From NCBI GenBank assembly GCA_900772625.1, contig CAAHEQ010000025.1, positions 1 through 41,982 of the forward strand: 41,982 nucleotides of DNA, read 5' to 3'. This DNA is from Alphaproteobacteria bacterium. GTDB taxonomy: Bacteria > Pseudomonadota > Alphaproteobacteria > CAAHEQ01 > UBA3637. Shown here piece after piece: positions 21,873 through 31,490 of the stretch. The notes below the pieces were generated by a model. It ran no database searches and was not told where the DNA came from. It saw nothing but the letters and a program-made list of their open reading frames with translations. The stretch's first letter is position 1, and every line of letters begins with the position of its first letter. The translations under genes were made by a program, and so were the position numbers.

Positions 21873-23005
21873 TCCAATCCTCCCTGCGTAGGGTGCCTAC
21901 GCGTCAATGATAAAATAATTCCAAAGCCCAAAGCCAGCGAAAGAAGCGATGATCCGCCATAGGAAATAAATGGCAATGTCATTCCTTTCGTTGGTACAAG
22001 GTGCAGTGTTGATGCCATATTGATAAAAGCTTGTACACCAAATTGAGTCAAAAGTCCAGCAACCGCCAGCATATTAAACAGATTTTTTTCTTTACTCATA
22101 ATATAAAAGCCGCGGCACAAAATAAAACCAAACAACGCGACAATCGCAAGGCACATCAAAAATCCATATTCTTCCGCCGCTACCGCCAAAATAAAGTCGG
22201 TGTGCGCATCTGGCAACTTGCTTTTGATGATTCCCTCGCCAGGGCCAAGTCCAAACCACCCCGCATTATGAAAGGCTTGCAAAGATGTATCGACTTGAAA
22301 CGAATCGCCGCTGTCTGGAAATAAAAAGCGTTCGATACGACTGTGTACATGCGGCATAAAAGCATACGCCGCTGTCACGCCACAAACGGCTAAGCCCGAT
22401 AATATGGCTATCCACCAAAATGAAATGCCCGCCAAAAATAACTGAGCGCCCCAAATGGCCGAGACGGTAAATGTCATCCCAAAGTCAGGTTGCAACATCA
22501 ATAACATAAAGAGCATTCCATAAATCGCTCCTGCAATTGGAATGCCGTGAAAGCCTTTGACCAATCGGCCAGAGGCAAAAATCCACGCGCACACGACCGC
22601 AAACGCGGGCTTGATGAACTCAGAAGGTTGGATTGAAAAGAACTTAAAGGAAAGCCAGCGTTTTGCTCCTTTGATTTCTGCGCCAAAAATCAACGTGCAG
22701 AAAAGCATAACTAAGAAAACTAAAAATACAACAATTGAAATGCGTCTGATGTGCTTTGGGGACAGCATGGAAATCCACAACATAAAGACAACGGACGGCG
22801 CTAAAAAAAATAATTGCTTTTTGACAAAATGAAAGCTGTCTTTGGTGTGTAACACGCGATCGGCGACCGAAGGACTTGCTGAAAACGTCAAAATAATGCC
22901 GCAAATAATTAACGCCAGAATCGCCCACAGTAAGCCTCTGTCAAGCGTGCGCGCCCAGTTGATTAAAAATGCTTTACTTTGCTCTATGTGCTTTTTAAGC
23001 GTCAT
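21869..23005 (-). CDS. ftsW: SEDS peptidoglycan polymerase FtsW
   Basis: About 10 TM segments, LPDAHTDFILAVAAEEYG and LPFISYGGSS. Confidence 0.9.
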   Translation of the reverse strand: MTLKKHIEQSKAFLINWARTLDRGLLWAILALIICGIILTFSASPSVADRVLHTKDSFHFVKKQLFFLAPSVVFMLWISMLSPKHIRRISIVVFLVFLVMLFCTLIFGAEIKGAKRWLSFKFFSIQPSEFIKPAFAVVCAWIFASGRLVKGFHGIPIAGAIYGMLFMLLMLQPDFGMTFTVSAIWGAQLFLAGISFWWIAILSGLAVCGVTAAYAFMPHVHSRIERFLFPDSGDSFQVDTSLQAFHNAGWFGLGPGEGIIKSKLPDAHTDFILAVAAEEYGFLMCLAIVALFGFILCRGFYIMSKEKNLFNMLAVAGLLTQFGVQAFINMASTLHLVPTKGMTLPFISYGGSSLLSLALGFGIILSLTRRHPTQGGLE

Positions 23006-23006
23006 T

Positions 23007-24032
23007 TTACCACACCAAATCTGCTAATCCCAGCAGTGCGCAAACAAAGGCGAACAGCCAAAAAACGCGCACGACTTTTACTTCACTCCAGCCCATTTTT
23101 TCAAAATGGTGATGAATAGGCGCCATTAAAAACACGCGCTTTTTGCGCAGTTTAAACGAGCCAACTTGAATAATATCCGAAACCGCCTCGATGACAAAAA
23201 GGCCGCCGATGATGGCCAACAAAAGCTCTTGCTTCACGCACAAAGCCATTGTCGCCAGCACGCCGCCTAATCCCAGCGCACCCACATCACCCATAAAGAT
23301 TTTGGCGGGCTTTTTGTTATAGAACAAGAACGCCATCAAAGCGCCAATCAACGCCAAGCAAACAATGCTGAGCGCGCCGACATTCGGAATATAGTTTAAG
23401 TAAAGAGATTGACTGAGCGTGATTTCACCCGAGGCATAGGCAATAAAGCCAAAGCAGGCAAAAGCTATCATCAACGGCACTGAAACGAGCCCGTCCAGTC
23501 CGTCCGTTAAGTTCACAGCATTGGTCGTGCCTGTAATGACCAGCGCACCAAAGGCTACATATGCAGCCCCCAACGGCAACAAAATGTGCCAGTAGGGGAT
23601 TTCAACTTGTACGGCCAGCTCGGCAGGCAGATGTGCGATAATCCATAAAATCGCAACTGTGCTGACCAAAAACTCAACAAACAAACGGCGTCTGCCCGAA
23701 ATGCCACCATAGGCAGATTGGTTCGTGATTTTCAAATAATCATCTTGAAAGCCAACGATGCCAAACGCCAACATCATAAACACAGCGACTTGAACAAACG
23801 CATTCGAAAGCGGTGCTGTCAGAAGCGTTGCAATCAAGCTCCATAAAATCACCATCACTCCGCCCATTGTCGGCGTGCCTTTTTTTACAAGATGCGTTTT
23901 TGGGCCGTCATCGCGGATGGGCTGGCCTTTTTTCGATATGTGATGCATCAGGCGGATAAATAACGGCATAGACGCAAAGCACCCACAAAATGCAATTAAA
24001 AACGCGCAGGTGTATTCATTGATAAAAGTCAT
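23007..24032 (-). CDS. mraY: phospho-N-acetylmuramoyl-pentapeptide transferase MraY
   Basis: GTPTMGG, QDDYLK, NAVNLTDGLDGL and PIHHHFE. Confidence 0.95.
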   Translation of the reverse strand: MTFINEYTCAFLIAFCGCFASMPLFIRLMHHISKKGQPIRDDGPKTHLVKKGTPTMGGVMVILWSLIATLLTAPLSNAFVQVAVFMMLAFGIVGFQDDYLKITNQSAYGGISGRRRLFVEFLVSTVAILWIIAHLPAELAVQVEIPYWHILLPLGAAYVAFGALVITGTTNAVNLTDGLDGLVSVPLMIAFACFGFIAYASGEITLSQSLYLNYIPNVGALSIVCLALIGALMAFLFYNKKPAKIFMGDVGALGLGGVLATMALCVKQELLLAIIGGLFVIEAVSDIIQVGSFKLRKKRVFLMAPIHHHFEKMGWSEVKVVRVFWLFAFVCALLGLADLVW

Positions 24033-24033
24033 T

Positions 24034-26844
24034 TTATTGCCTCATTAACTTTTCCATAATTATGTTCATTTTCATACTGTTCGAGCCTTTAATCAGCACG
24101 ACATCGCCGTCTTCAAGACGTGATTGGAGTGTGTTGATAACCTCGGGCGCGCTTTCAAAAAAGCCGCCTTTGATGGTGTCAGGCAAAATGTCGTACAAAG
24201 GCTTTGTCTCTGCCCCCACGCAAAAGACTAGGTCTATGTGGTTGCGAGCAATGGCATCATTCAAGCCTTGATGCAATACGGCGGACTTTTCGCCCAGCTC
24301 ACGCATTTCACCGATGACAGCCACTTTGCGCCCGTGGTTTGCTCCCAACACATTCAAGGACGCCGTCATCGACGACGGATTAGCATTATAGCAATCATCA
24401 ATAAAAGTAATGCTTTTGCCCATAACCGAGCCTTTGACGAGCGCACCGCGACCTTTGAGCGGTTTCATTTGCGCCAAGTTTTCAATGGCTTTGTCTACAT
24501 CGGCGTTCAGCGACAACACAACTCCCAGCACGCCTAGCGCATTTTGAATAAAGTGCAAGCCTGCCATTTGAAGTTTCAGCTCTTTTTCCTTGCCATTGAC
24601 GTGGATGATTGCACGCGAACCTGCCTCGTCTATGTGATAGTTGATCAGGCGCACGGTGCTGCCCTCTGCCGAGCCGAATGAGTAAATATGACTGAGCCCG
24701 TTTTCGGTGGCTTTTTGTTTTAAAAAGTCGAACATTGCATTGTCTTTGTTCAAAAATACTGCGCCGTTTTTGTTCATATGCGTAAAGATTTCGGCTTTGG
24801 CGGCGGCAATATCTTCAATGGTTTTAAAAAACTCGTGATGCGCCGAACCGACCATGGTAATCAAGGCAACATCAGGTTTGACAAGGTAAGATAAATACTC
24901 CATTTCGCCCGTGTGATTCATTCCCATTTCGATAATCGCCCAATTGGACAGTCGAGGCAATCTTGCCAAAGTCAACGGCACGCCCCATTGGTTGTTCAGG
25001 TTGCCCTTTGTTGCGTGCACAGTGCCTTGACCTTGCAACGCCAACGCCAACATTTCTTTTGAGGTTGTTTTGCCCGAGCTGCCTGTAATACCGATTTTCA
25101 TCGCGCGTGAGTTTTGCGCTGCATAGCGCGCCATATCTTCCAACGCTTCATCGGTGTTGACAACAAAAAAGAGCTTTTCTGTTTGCGTGATGTTTTCAAC
25201 ATCTTGGCTGACAATCGCGGCAACAGCGCCTTTTTTAAGCGCTTCTTTGACATAGTTGTGACCGTCCACTTTTTCGCCTTTCAAAGCGATGAAAATGTCA
25301 CCAGGTTGCAGCGTTCTGGTATCAATCGAAACGCCATAGGCAACGAATGTTTTATAACTTTTGCCACCTGTGGCGTGCTTGAGCTCATCACTTGTCCACA
25401 GCGGTTTTTCTTCTTGACTACGCAAGGCGAGTTGTGCTTGAATCTTGTCATTAAACGGGTGCATAAAGCCGTTAATCAGCTGACCTTCTTCGTGCCCTTT
25501 TCCTGCGATGAGCAGCGTATCATTGGCCTGAAGCTTATGGATAGCGTGATAAATGGCTTTGGCTCTGTCACCAATCGGGCGCGCGTTGGGGCAGCCTTTC
25601 ATAATCTGAGCGCGAATCTCGCCCGCATTTTCAAAACGTGGATTGTCATCAGTGACAACAACATAATCGGCGATACGTTCAGCAATTTGTCCCATAATCG
25701 GACGCTTGCCTGTGTCGCGATTGCCGCCACAACCAAAGACGACCAGCAGCCTGCCTTTCGTTTGCGCGCGCAGTGAGTTGAGTGCGTTTTCAAGCCCGTC
25801 TGGCGTGTGCGCATAGTCCACAAAAATCGGTGCACCTGCTTTTGTTTTGGCGACCAATTCCATCCGTCCTGAGGGGCTTTTTAAGCTCTTCAGCGTTTTT
25901 AAAATGTCCTCCACATCAAAGCCACAGCCAATCACTAATCCGATAGCGGTTAAAATGTTCATTCCTTGGAAGTTGCCCGCCACAGGAATGTCAACGTGAT
26001 AATCTTTGCCAAAGATTTGCAAATCAAGCGTTTGCGATGTTTCTTTTAATTCTTGCTTAATCAAGCGAATGTCTTGCCCTTTGTAGCCATAGGAAATGAC
26101 ACGCAGTCCTTTTTTGAGGCAGGCATCTTTAATGAGCTCGAACTCCTCAATGTCGGCATTTAAAACGGCCACTTCTTTTGTCAGCTCTGTAAAAAGCTTT
26201 AACTTGGCATTTAAGTAATTTTCCATCGTGCCGTGATAGTCCAAATGATCGCGCGTTAAGTTCGTAAAAGCGCTGGCTTTAAATTCAAGGCCGCTTAAGC
26301 GATGTTGCGCAAGCCCGTGACTGGAAGCTTCCAGCGCTGCATACTCAACGCCATTTTCGGCCAATGTTTCAAGGTCTTGATTGAGCGTTAAGCTGTCTGA
26401 AGTTGTCATACCGCCGTATGAGGTAAACTTGCCCGATTGAACCCCGAGCGTGCCGAGTGTGGCTGCGCTTTTGCCGAGGGCTTCCAAAATCTCGCGCACA
26501 AAAAAGACGGTTGAGGTTTTGCCGTTTGTGCCCGTGACAGCGACAAGTGTTTGGGGCTTTTTATTATAATAGTGCGCGCAAATCAAAGCAAAAGCTTTGC
26601 GCACGTCTTGTGTTTCAAATGTGGGAACATCGGCATTGATTGTATGATCTAAAAGCACGGCAACGGCGCCATTTTTGATTGCGACAGGAATGTAATCTTC
26701 ACCGTTTTCCTTGACGCCTTTGAGCGCAACAAACAAATATCCTTTTTTGACTTTGCGCGAATCGCACGCGATGCCTGTAATTTCAATGTTGGCGTCAAAT
26801 GGCGTATCAACTTGTCCTGCTTTTAATAATTCCGATAAAATCAT
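24034..26844 (-). CDS. murE/murF: fused MurE (meso-DAP-adding) / MurF (D-Ala-D-Ala-adding) Mur ligase, 936 aa
   Basis: The N-half is MurE (VTGTNGKTST, DYAHTPD, VTDDNPRFE, AGKGHE). After the linker ...QLALRSQEEKPLWTSDELK (~25402-25425) comes a complete MurF (GITGSSGKTTSKEM, DCYNANPSSM). Uninterrupted single frame. Confidence 0.9.
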   Translation of the reverse strand: MILSELLKAGQVDTPFDANIEITGIACDSRKVKKGYLFVALKGVKENGEDYIPVAIKNGAVAVLLDHTINADVPTFETQDVRKAFALICAHYYNKKPQTLVAVTGTNGKTSTVFFVREILEALGKSAATLGTLGVQSGKFTSYGGMTTSDSLTLNQDLETLAENGVEYAALEASSHGLAQHRLSGLEFKASAFTNLTRDHLDYHGTMENYLNAKLKLFTELTKEVAVLNADIEEFELIKDACLKKGLRVISYGYKGQDIRLIKQELKETSQTLDLQIFGKDYHVDIPVAGNFQGMNILTAIGLVIGCGFDVEDILKTLKSLKSPSGRMELVAKTKAGAPIFVDYAHTPDGLENALNSLRAQTKGRLLVVFGCGGNRDTGKRPIMGQIAERIADYVVVTDDNPRFENAGEIRAQIMKGCPNARPIGDRAKAIYHAIHKLQANDTLLIAGKGHEEGQLINGFMHPFNDKIQAQLALRSQEEKPLWTSDELKHATGGKSYKTFVAYGVSIDTRTLQPGDIFIALKGEKVDGHNYVKEALKKGAVAAIVSQDVENITQTEKLFFVVNTDEALEDMARYAAQNSRAMKIGITGSSGKTTSKEMLALALQGQGTVHATKGNLNNQWGVPLTLARLPRLSNWAIIEMGMNHTGEMEYLSYLVKPDVALITMVGSAHHEFFKTIEDIAAAKAEIFTHMNKNGAVFLNKDNAMFDFLKQKATENGLSHIYSFGSAEGSTVRLINYHIDEAGSRAIIHVNGKEKELKLQMAGLHFIQNALGVLGVVLSLNADVDKAIENLAQMKPLKGRGALVKGSVMGKSITFIDDCYNANPSSMTASLNVLGANHGRKVAVIGEMRELGEKSAVLHQGLNDAIARNHIDLVFCVGAETKPLYDILPDTIKGGFFESAPEVINTLQSRLEDGDVVLIKGSNSMKMNIIMEKLMRQ

Positions 26845-26847
26845 TTT

Positions 26848-28590
26848 TTACCTCTTTTTTTTGTTCTTTTTGTACTCATAAGCTTGCTCCATATAGCTTG
26901 GAAGCGGCTTATCTTCCTGCGGTTCAACACGCAACACAGGCGCAAGCGTTTCAATAATTTTGCCACCTGTTGGACACGCATTCCAGCCTGCTGTATTGAA
27001 GTACCAATCTTCTTTACGTTTGACTGGATTTTCTATCATAACATACACGATATATTTCGGGTTGTCCATCGGAAAAGCACTGACAAATGAAGTTCTGACT
27101 TTTCCTTCGATGTACTTGCCCGTTTGTGGGTTTTGCATTTGCGCTGTTCCCGTTTTACCGATGACTTGAAAACCTTTGATATTTGCGCTTTTGCCCGAGC
27201 CGATTTCGATGACGCCACGCAACAAGTGACGCATACGATTCGATGTTTTGGCGGACAGGACTTGTTCAGACAGTTGGTTATCATTGCCACCTTTGATAAA
27301 CGTTGGCGTGTGGTACAGCCCGCCGTTAATCAATGCCGCAAAAGCCGCCGTTAAGTGCAACGGCGATACGGCCAGTCCATAGCCATAACCAATTGTTGCT
27401 GTTTCAACATCGTCCCATTTTTTTTGCACAATCGGCTTGCCTTTTTCGGGCAAAGCTAATGGTAGTTGCGATAAAAAGTGAAAGCGCCCTAGGAACTCTT
27501 TTTGGCGTTCGCTGCCCAGCATTTGTGCGATTTTAGCGGTGCCGATGTTGCTGGAGTAAATCAACACCTCGGGCACACTCAAAACACGGTTTTCGGCTTG
27601 AAAGTCGGTAATCGTACGGCCTCTGGCAAGCTTATAGGGATTATGCGCATCAACTTGACTGGTGGTGATAATCAGCCCCGATTCTAACCCAAACGCCACT
27701 GTAAAGGGCTTCATCACCGAACCTAATTCATACATACCGAGGCTGGCTTTATTCAGCGGAATTTTGTTGGCGTCTATCGGCATTTTGTTGAGGTCAAAGT
27801 CTGGCATGGAAATGAGTGCCAGCACTTCCGCATTTTGTGCGTCCATAATAATGCCAACAGCGCCGTCCGCTTGGAACTTTGCCACGGCTTCGGTTAAAAT
27901 CGCGTGCATAATTGTTTGCAAGCGTACATCAACGGAAAGCGTGATTTTTGTATCTGAAGTCAAAAGCGTTTCATATTGTTTTTCAAGTCCTGCAATGCCT
28001 TGGTTATCGATATCGGTAAAGCCGATTAAGTGCGACAAAAGATTGCTTTGCGGGTAAACGCGCCGCTCTGAGTTAATGAAGTTTAATTGTGGATAGCCTA
28101 AATTATTGACTTGGAATTGCTCTTGCGGCGTTAAGTTGCGGCGCAAGTATTTAAATGCGGCTTTGGAGTGGAGCTTTTCCAGTAAATCAGCTCTGTCCAT
28201 CGATGGAAAAATCTGGATTAAATCATCGGCAATTTGATCTGGGTCAGAGATTTGTCTGGCGTCCACATATAAATCGACAATTGGCAGACTGGTCGCAACA
28301 ATGACGCCGTTGCGGTCGGTGATGTCGGCGCGGGAAATTGGATAATCCAGCGGCATTGATGCGTGCTTAAAAGGGTGCGTGTTTTGGCGGATAATGCATT
28401 GTTCGAACAATCGAATGCCTAAAATGGTAAACAAAAAGACAAAGCCGTATGCCAACATCATCATACGGAACTTGCCCGTTTTCAGCGCGTGCACCGTAAT
28501 CGAGTCCAAAAAGCGATAAGAGTCGTTTTCTTTGAGCGGGATTTCTTGGCCGATAGGATAGAGCTGTTCTTCTTTTTTATGAAAAAACAT
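26848..28590 (-). CDS. ftsI: penicillin-binding protein 3 (FtsI transpeptidase)
   Basis: N-terminal TM; SxxK (GSVMKP), SxN (YSSNIG) and KTG (GKTGTAQ). Confidence 0.9.
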   Translation of the reverse strand: MFFHKKEEQLYPIGQEIPLKENDSYRFLDSITVHALKTGKFRMMMLAYGFVFLFTILGIRLFEQCIIRQNTHPFKHASMPLDYPISRADITDRNGVIVATSLPIVDLYVDARQISDPDQIADDLIQIFPSMDRADLLEKLHSKAAFKYLRRNLTPQEQFQVNNLGYPQLNFINSERRVYPQSNLLSHLIGFTDIDNQGIAGLEKQYETLLTSDTKITLSVDVRLQTIMHAILTEAVAKFQADGAVGIIMDAQNAEVLALISMPDFDLNKMPIDANKIPLNKASLGMYELGSVMKPFTVAFGLESGLIITTSQVDAHNPYKLARGRTITDFQAENRVLSVPEVLIYSSNIGTAKIAQMLGSERQKEFLGRFHFLSQLPLALPEKGKPIVQKKWDDVETATIGYGYGLAVSPLHLTAAFAALINGGLYHTPTFIKGGNDNQLSEQVLSAKTSNRMRHLLRGVIEIGSGKSANIKGFQVIGKTGTAQMQNPQTGKYIEGKVRTSFVSAFPMDNPKYIVYVMIENPVKRKEDWYFNTAGWNACPTGGKIIETLAPVLRVEPQEDKPLPSYMEQAYEYKKNKKKR

Positions 28591-28880
28591 TACGGCTCCT
28601 TTTGAATGTCGGCAATTTGCGAAAAGCGAATGATTTGGCTGGCTTTGACGGGTTGCAGCTTGGTGTTTTTGTCGGCCAGCATTTTAAGCCGCTCTGGATT
28701 ACTCAAGTTCGTCCATTCCGCTTTCAGGATATGAATAGAGCGATTGTTTTGCATAATCTTGCGGTGCAGCTGTGCCAGCTCGGTTTGCTTGGCCAGTACG
28801 TGGTATTTGAGCATAAACATACCACACGTTGCGCTAAACGCGATCAGGCCACAGAAAAAGTAAAGGATAAAGCGTTTCAT
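28590..28880 (-). CDS. ftsL: cell division protein FtsL
   Basis: 96 aa, a single TM plus a coiled-coil region, located between rsmH and ftsI. Confidence 0.7.
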   Translation of the reverse strand: MKRFILYFFCGLIAFSATCGMFMLKYHVLAKQTELAQLHRKIMQNNRSIHILKAEWTNLSNPERLKMLADKNTKLQPVKASQIIRFSQIADIQKEP

Positions 28881-29812
28881 CAGACCTCGTCCTTTAATCG
28901 AACCGCACTGCGCAAGCGAGCAGAGCGCGCCCGTGGGTTTATCTTTGTTTCCGCTTCAGATGCCGCCAGCGGTTTTTTGCTTTTTAAACAAAAAGCGCAC
29001 GGGCTTGGGGCTAAAGCTGCGTCTTTTTTATATTTGTTGACGTGGACGTTGGGCGCTGTTTCGGATTGGAAGAATTGCTTAACAATCCTGTCTTCCAGAG
29101 AATGGAACGTGACGACCGATAAAACGCCATTAGGCTTCAGGATTTTCTTGGCGGCTTCAAGAGCTTTTTCAAGCTCTCCCAATTCGTTGTTGACGTAAAT
29201 ACGCAGCGCTTGGAATGTGCGCGTAGCCGAGTCTATATCGCCCGCCTTGTGAGGCATTACGGCGTGAATAGCACACGCCAGTTGCAGCGTGTCTGTAAAC
29301 GGGGTGATTGTACGCTGCGTGATGATTTGGTGCGCAATACGGCGTGCAGCGCGTTCTTCCCCGTAATGGAACAAAATGTCAGCAATTTCGTCTTCTTTAA
29401 AAGTGTTGACAATGTCGGCCGCGCAAAGACCTTGCTGGCTCATACGCATATCGAGCGGCCCTGACTTTTGAAATGAAAAGCCACGCTCGGGCTGGTCGAT
29501 TTGCATAGACGATACACCAATGTCTAGTACGACCCCATCCACAGGTTCGGTTGCAATCTCGGCCATTTGGCTAAAGCGCTTTTGATATAGTTGCAGGCGC
29601 GGCGCGTACTTTTTTACAAGCGCTTGCCCATCGCGAATAGCATTCGGGTCTTGGTCTATCGCCAGCACGCGCGTGTCGGGTGCAGCGTTTAAAATGGCCT
29701 CACTATAGCCACCTGCGCCAAAAGTGCCGTCTATGTATGTACCGCCTTGATGAATGTCTAACGACTCTATGACTTCATTCAACATGACGGGAATGTGCTT
29801 GCGTTCAACCAT
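28880..29812 (-). CDS. rsmH: 16S rRNA m4C1402 methyltransferase RsmH
   Basis: HIPVMLNEV...DGTFGAGGYSE. The start was chosen at Met 29812; the track start at 29881 adds 23 non-homologous residues. Confidence 0.9.
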   Translation of the reverse strand: MVERKHIPVMLNEVIESLDIHQGGTYIDGTFGAGGYSEAILNAAPDTRVLAIDQDPNAIRDGQALVKKYAPRLQLYQKRFSQMAEIATEPVDGVVLDIGVSSMQIDQPERGFSFQKSGPLDMRMSQQGLCAADIVNTFKEDEIADILFHYGEERAARRIAHQIITQRTITPFTDTLQLACAIHAVMPHKAGDIDSATRTFQALRIYVNNELGELEKALEAAKKILKPNGVLSVVTFHSLEDRIVKQFFQSETAPNVHVNKYKKDAALAPSPCAFCLKSKKPLAASEAETKINPRARSARLRSAVRLKDEV

Positions 29813-29904
29813 TTTTATTTTGTCGCCTTTTTGTAAAAACTTTTTCTTAAATGGATAGCACGACAGCGCATAAAAAGTCAATAAAAAATTAAGTCTTTTT
29901 TTAG

Positions 29905-29933
29905 TTTACATTTGCCGAAATATTCGCTACAGT
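29905..29933 (+). promoter_or_regulatory. sigma70-like promoter for dnaB
   Basis: TTTACA, 17-nt spacer, TACAGT. Confidence 0.35.
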
Positions 29934-29957
29934 AGAACCGAAAAGGAATCCAAAAAA

Positions 29958-31424
29958 ATGAATGATATGACAACACAAGACATTACCAATTTACGCTTGC
30001 CACCGCAGAGTTTGGAGGCAGAACAAGCGCTGTTAGGTGCGATTTTGACGAACAACCGCGCTTTGGAAAAGGTGGTCGAGTTTTTAAAGCCCGAACATTT
30101 TGCAAACCCGATTCACGGCAAGATTTATGCGGCATGTCAAGTGTTGACTGAACGCGGCCGATCCGCGGACCCGATTACGCTGAAAGATTATTTTGCAAGC
30201 TCGGGTGCACTGGAAGATGTCGGCGGCGCAGATTATTTATTTCAACTGGCCGCATCGTCCACGACAACGATCAACGCGGGCGATTATGGTAATCAGATTT
30301 TCGATCGCTATATGCGCCGTCAACTGATTGGCTTGGGCACGGATATCGTAAACGATGCGTTTGACATTAAGCTTGATAATTCGGCCATTCAACAAATCGA
30401 GCACGCCGAAAAAAGTTTGTATGATTTAGCTAATGAAGGTGAGCTGGAGGGAGGCCCTAAACCCTTGACAATCGGCGCGGCGCAATTGCTTGCCGCAACG
30501 CAAGAGGCGATGAATAATCCCAACGGTGTCGGTGGTATTCCAACGGGGCTGGCAGATTTAGATCGTCTGCTGGGTGGTTTGCATAACACGAACTTGATTA
30601 TTTTGGCGGGGCGTCCTGCGATGGGTAAAACGGCGCTTGCCACTTGTATTGCCGCGAATGTGGCGCGTTATTTTAAAGAGCAAAACCAAAAAGGCGGCGA
30701 AAAGAAAAGTGTTGCATTTTTCTCGCTTGAAATGTCGGCCTCTGAATTGGCGGGGCGTATTTTGTCGAACTATACGCAAATCGAGGGCAACCGTATTACA
30801 GGTGCTGGCCTGACTGTGCCCGAGTTTGAAAAAATGGCCGAGGCAATCAAGGACTTGGAAGACTTGCCTTTGCTGGTTGATGAAACTCCAGCCGTGACGG
30901 TGACCGCCATTAAAAACCGCGCCCGCCGTATGAAACGTGATAAAGCGCACGGATTGGGCTTAATTATCATCGATTACTTGCAGCTGATTCAAGAAAGCGG
31001 ACGCGCCGAAAACCGTGTACAGGCTTTGTCCGAAATGACGCGAACGCTCAAAATTATGGCCAAAGAGTTGGACGTGCCCGTGATTGTTTTGTCGCAGCTC
31101 AGCCGTTTGGTTGAATCGCGTGATAATAAACGGCCTCAGCTGTCGGACTTGCGTGAATCTGGCTCTATCGAACAGGATGCTGACATTGTGATGTTCGTTT
31201 TCCGCGAAATTTATTATTTGATGAATGACCAGCCTATTCAGCGCGAGCGCGAAAGCAATGAAGCATTCCAAAAACGATGCCAAGAATGGGAGCAAAAGAA
31301 AATCGATTTGGCGCAGCGTGCCGAAGCAATCATTGCAAAGCAGCGTCATGGCTCGACAGGAACGGTTGATTTATACTTTGATGGTAAATATACCTTCTTT
31401 GGCAATCTTGCAAAGAATGGATAA
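29958..31424 (+). CDS. dnaB: replicative DNA helicase DnaB
   Basis: LPPQSLEAEQALLGAIL N-domain, Walker A GRPAMGKTALA and IIAKQRHGSTG. Confidence 0.95.
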   Translation: MNDMTTQDITNLRLPPQSLEAEQALLGAILTNNRALEKVVEFLKPEHFANPIHGKIYAACQVLTERGRSADPITLKDYFASSGALEDVGGADYLFQLAASSTTTINAGDYGNQIFDRYMRRQLIGLGTDIVNDAFDIKLDNSAIQQIEHAEKSLYDLANEGELEGGPKPLTIGAAQLLAATQEAMNNPNGVGGIPTGLADLDRLLGGLHNTNLIILAGRPAMGKTALATCIAANVARYFKEQNQKGGEKKSVAFFSLEMSASELAGRILSNYTQIEGNRITGAGLTVPEFEKMAEAIKDLEDLPLLVDETPAVTVTAIKNRARRMKRDKAHGLGLIIIDYLQLIQESGRAENRVQALSEMTRTLKIMAKELDVPVIVLSQLSRLVESRDNKRPQLSDLRESGSIEQDADIVMFVFREIYYLMNDQPIQRERESNEAFQKRCQEWEQKKIDLAQRAEAIIAKQRHGSTGTVDLYFDGKYTFFGNLAKNG

Positions 31425-31429
31425 AAAAC

Positions 31430-31458
31430 TTGACAAACGTATTGGCGTGTGTTATAAG
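31430..31458 (+). promoter_or_regulatory. sigma70-like promoter (extended -10) for the ankyrin gene
   Basis: TTGACA, 17-nt spacer, TATAAG preceded by TGT. AAGGAG SD precedes ATG 31491. Confidence 0.55.
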
Positions 31459-31490
31459 AAACGAACGTTTTTTATAAAAAGGAGCTTGAT

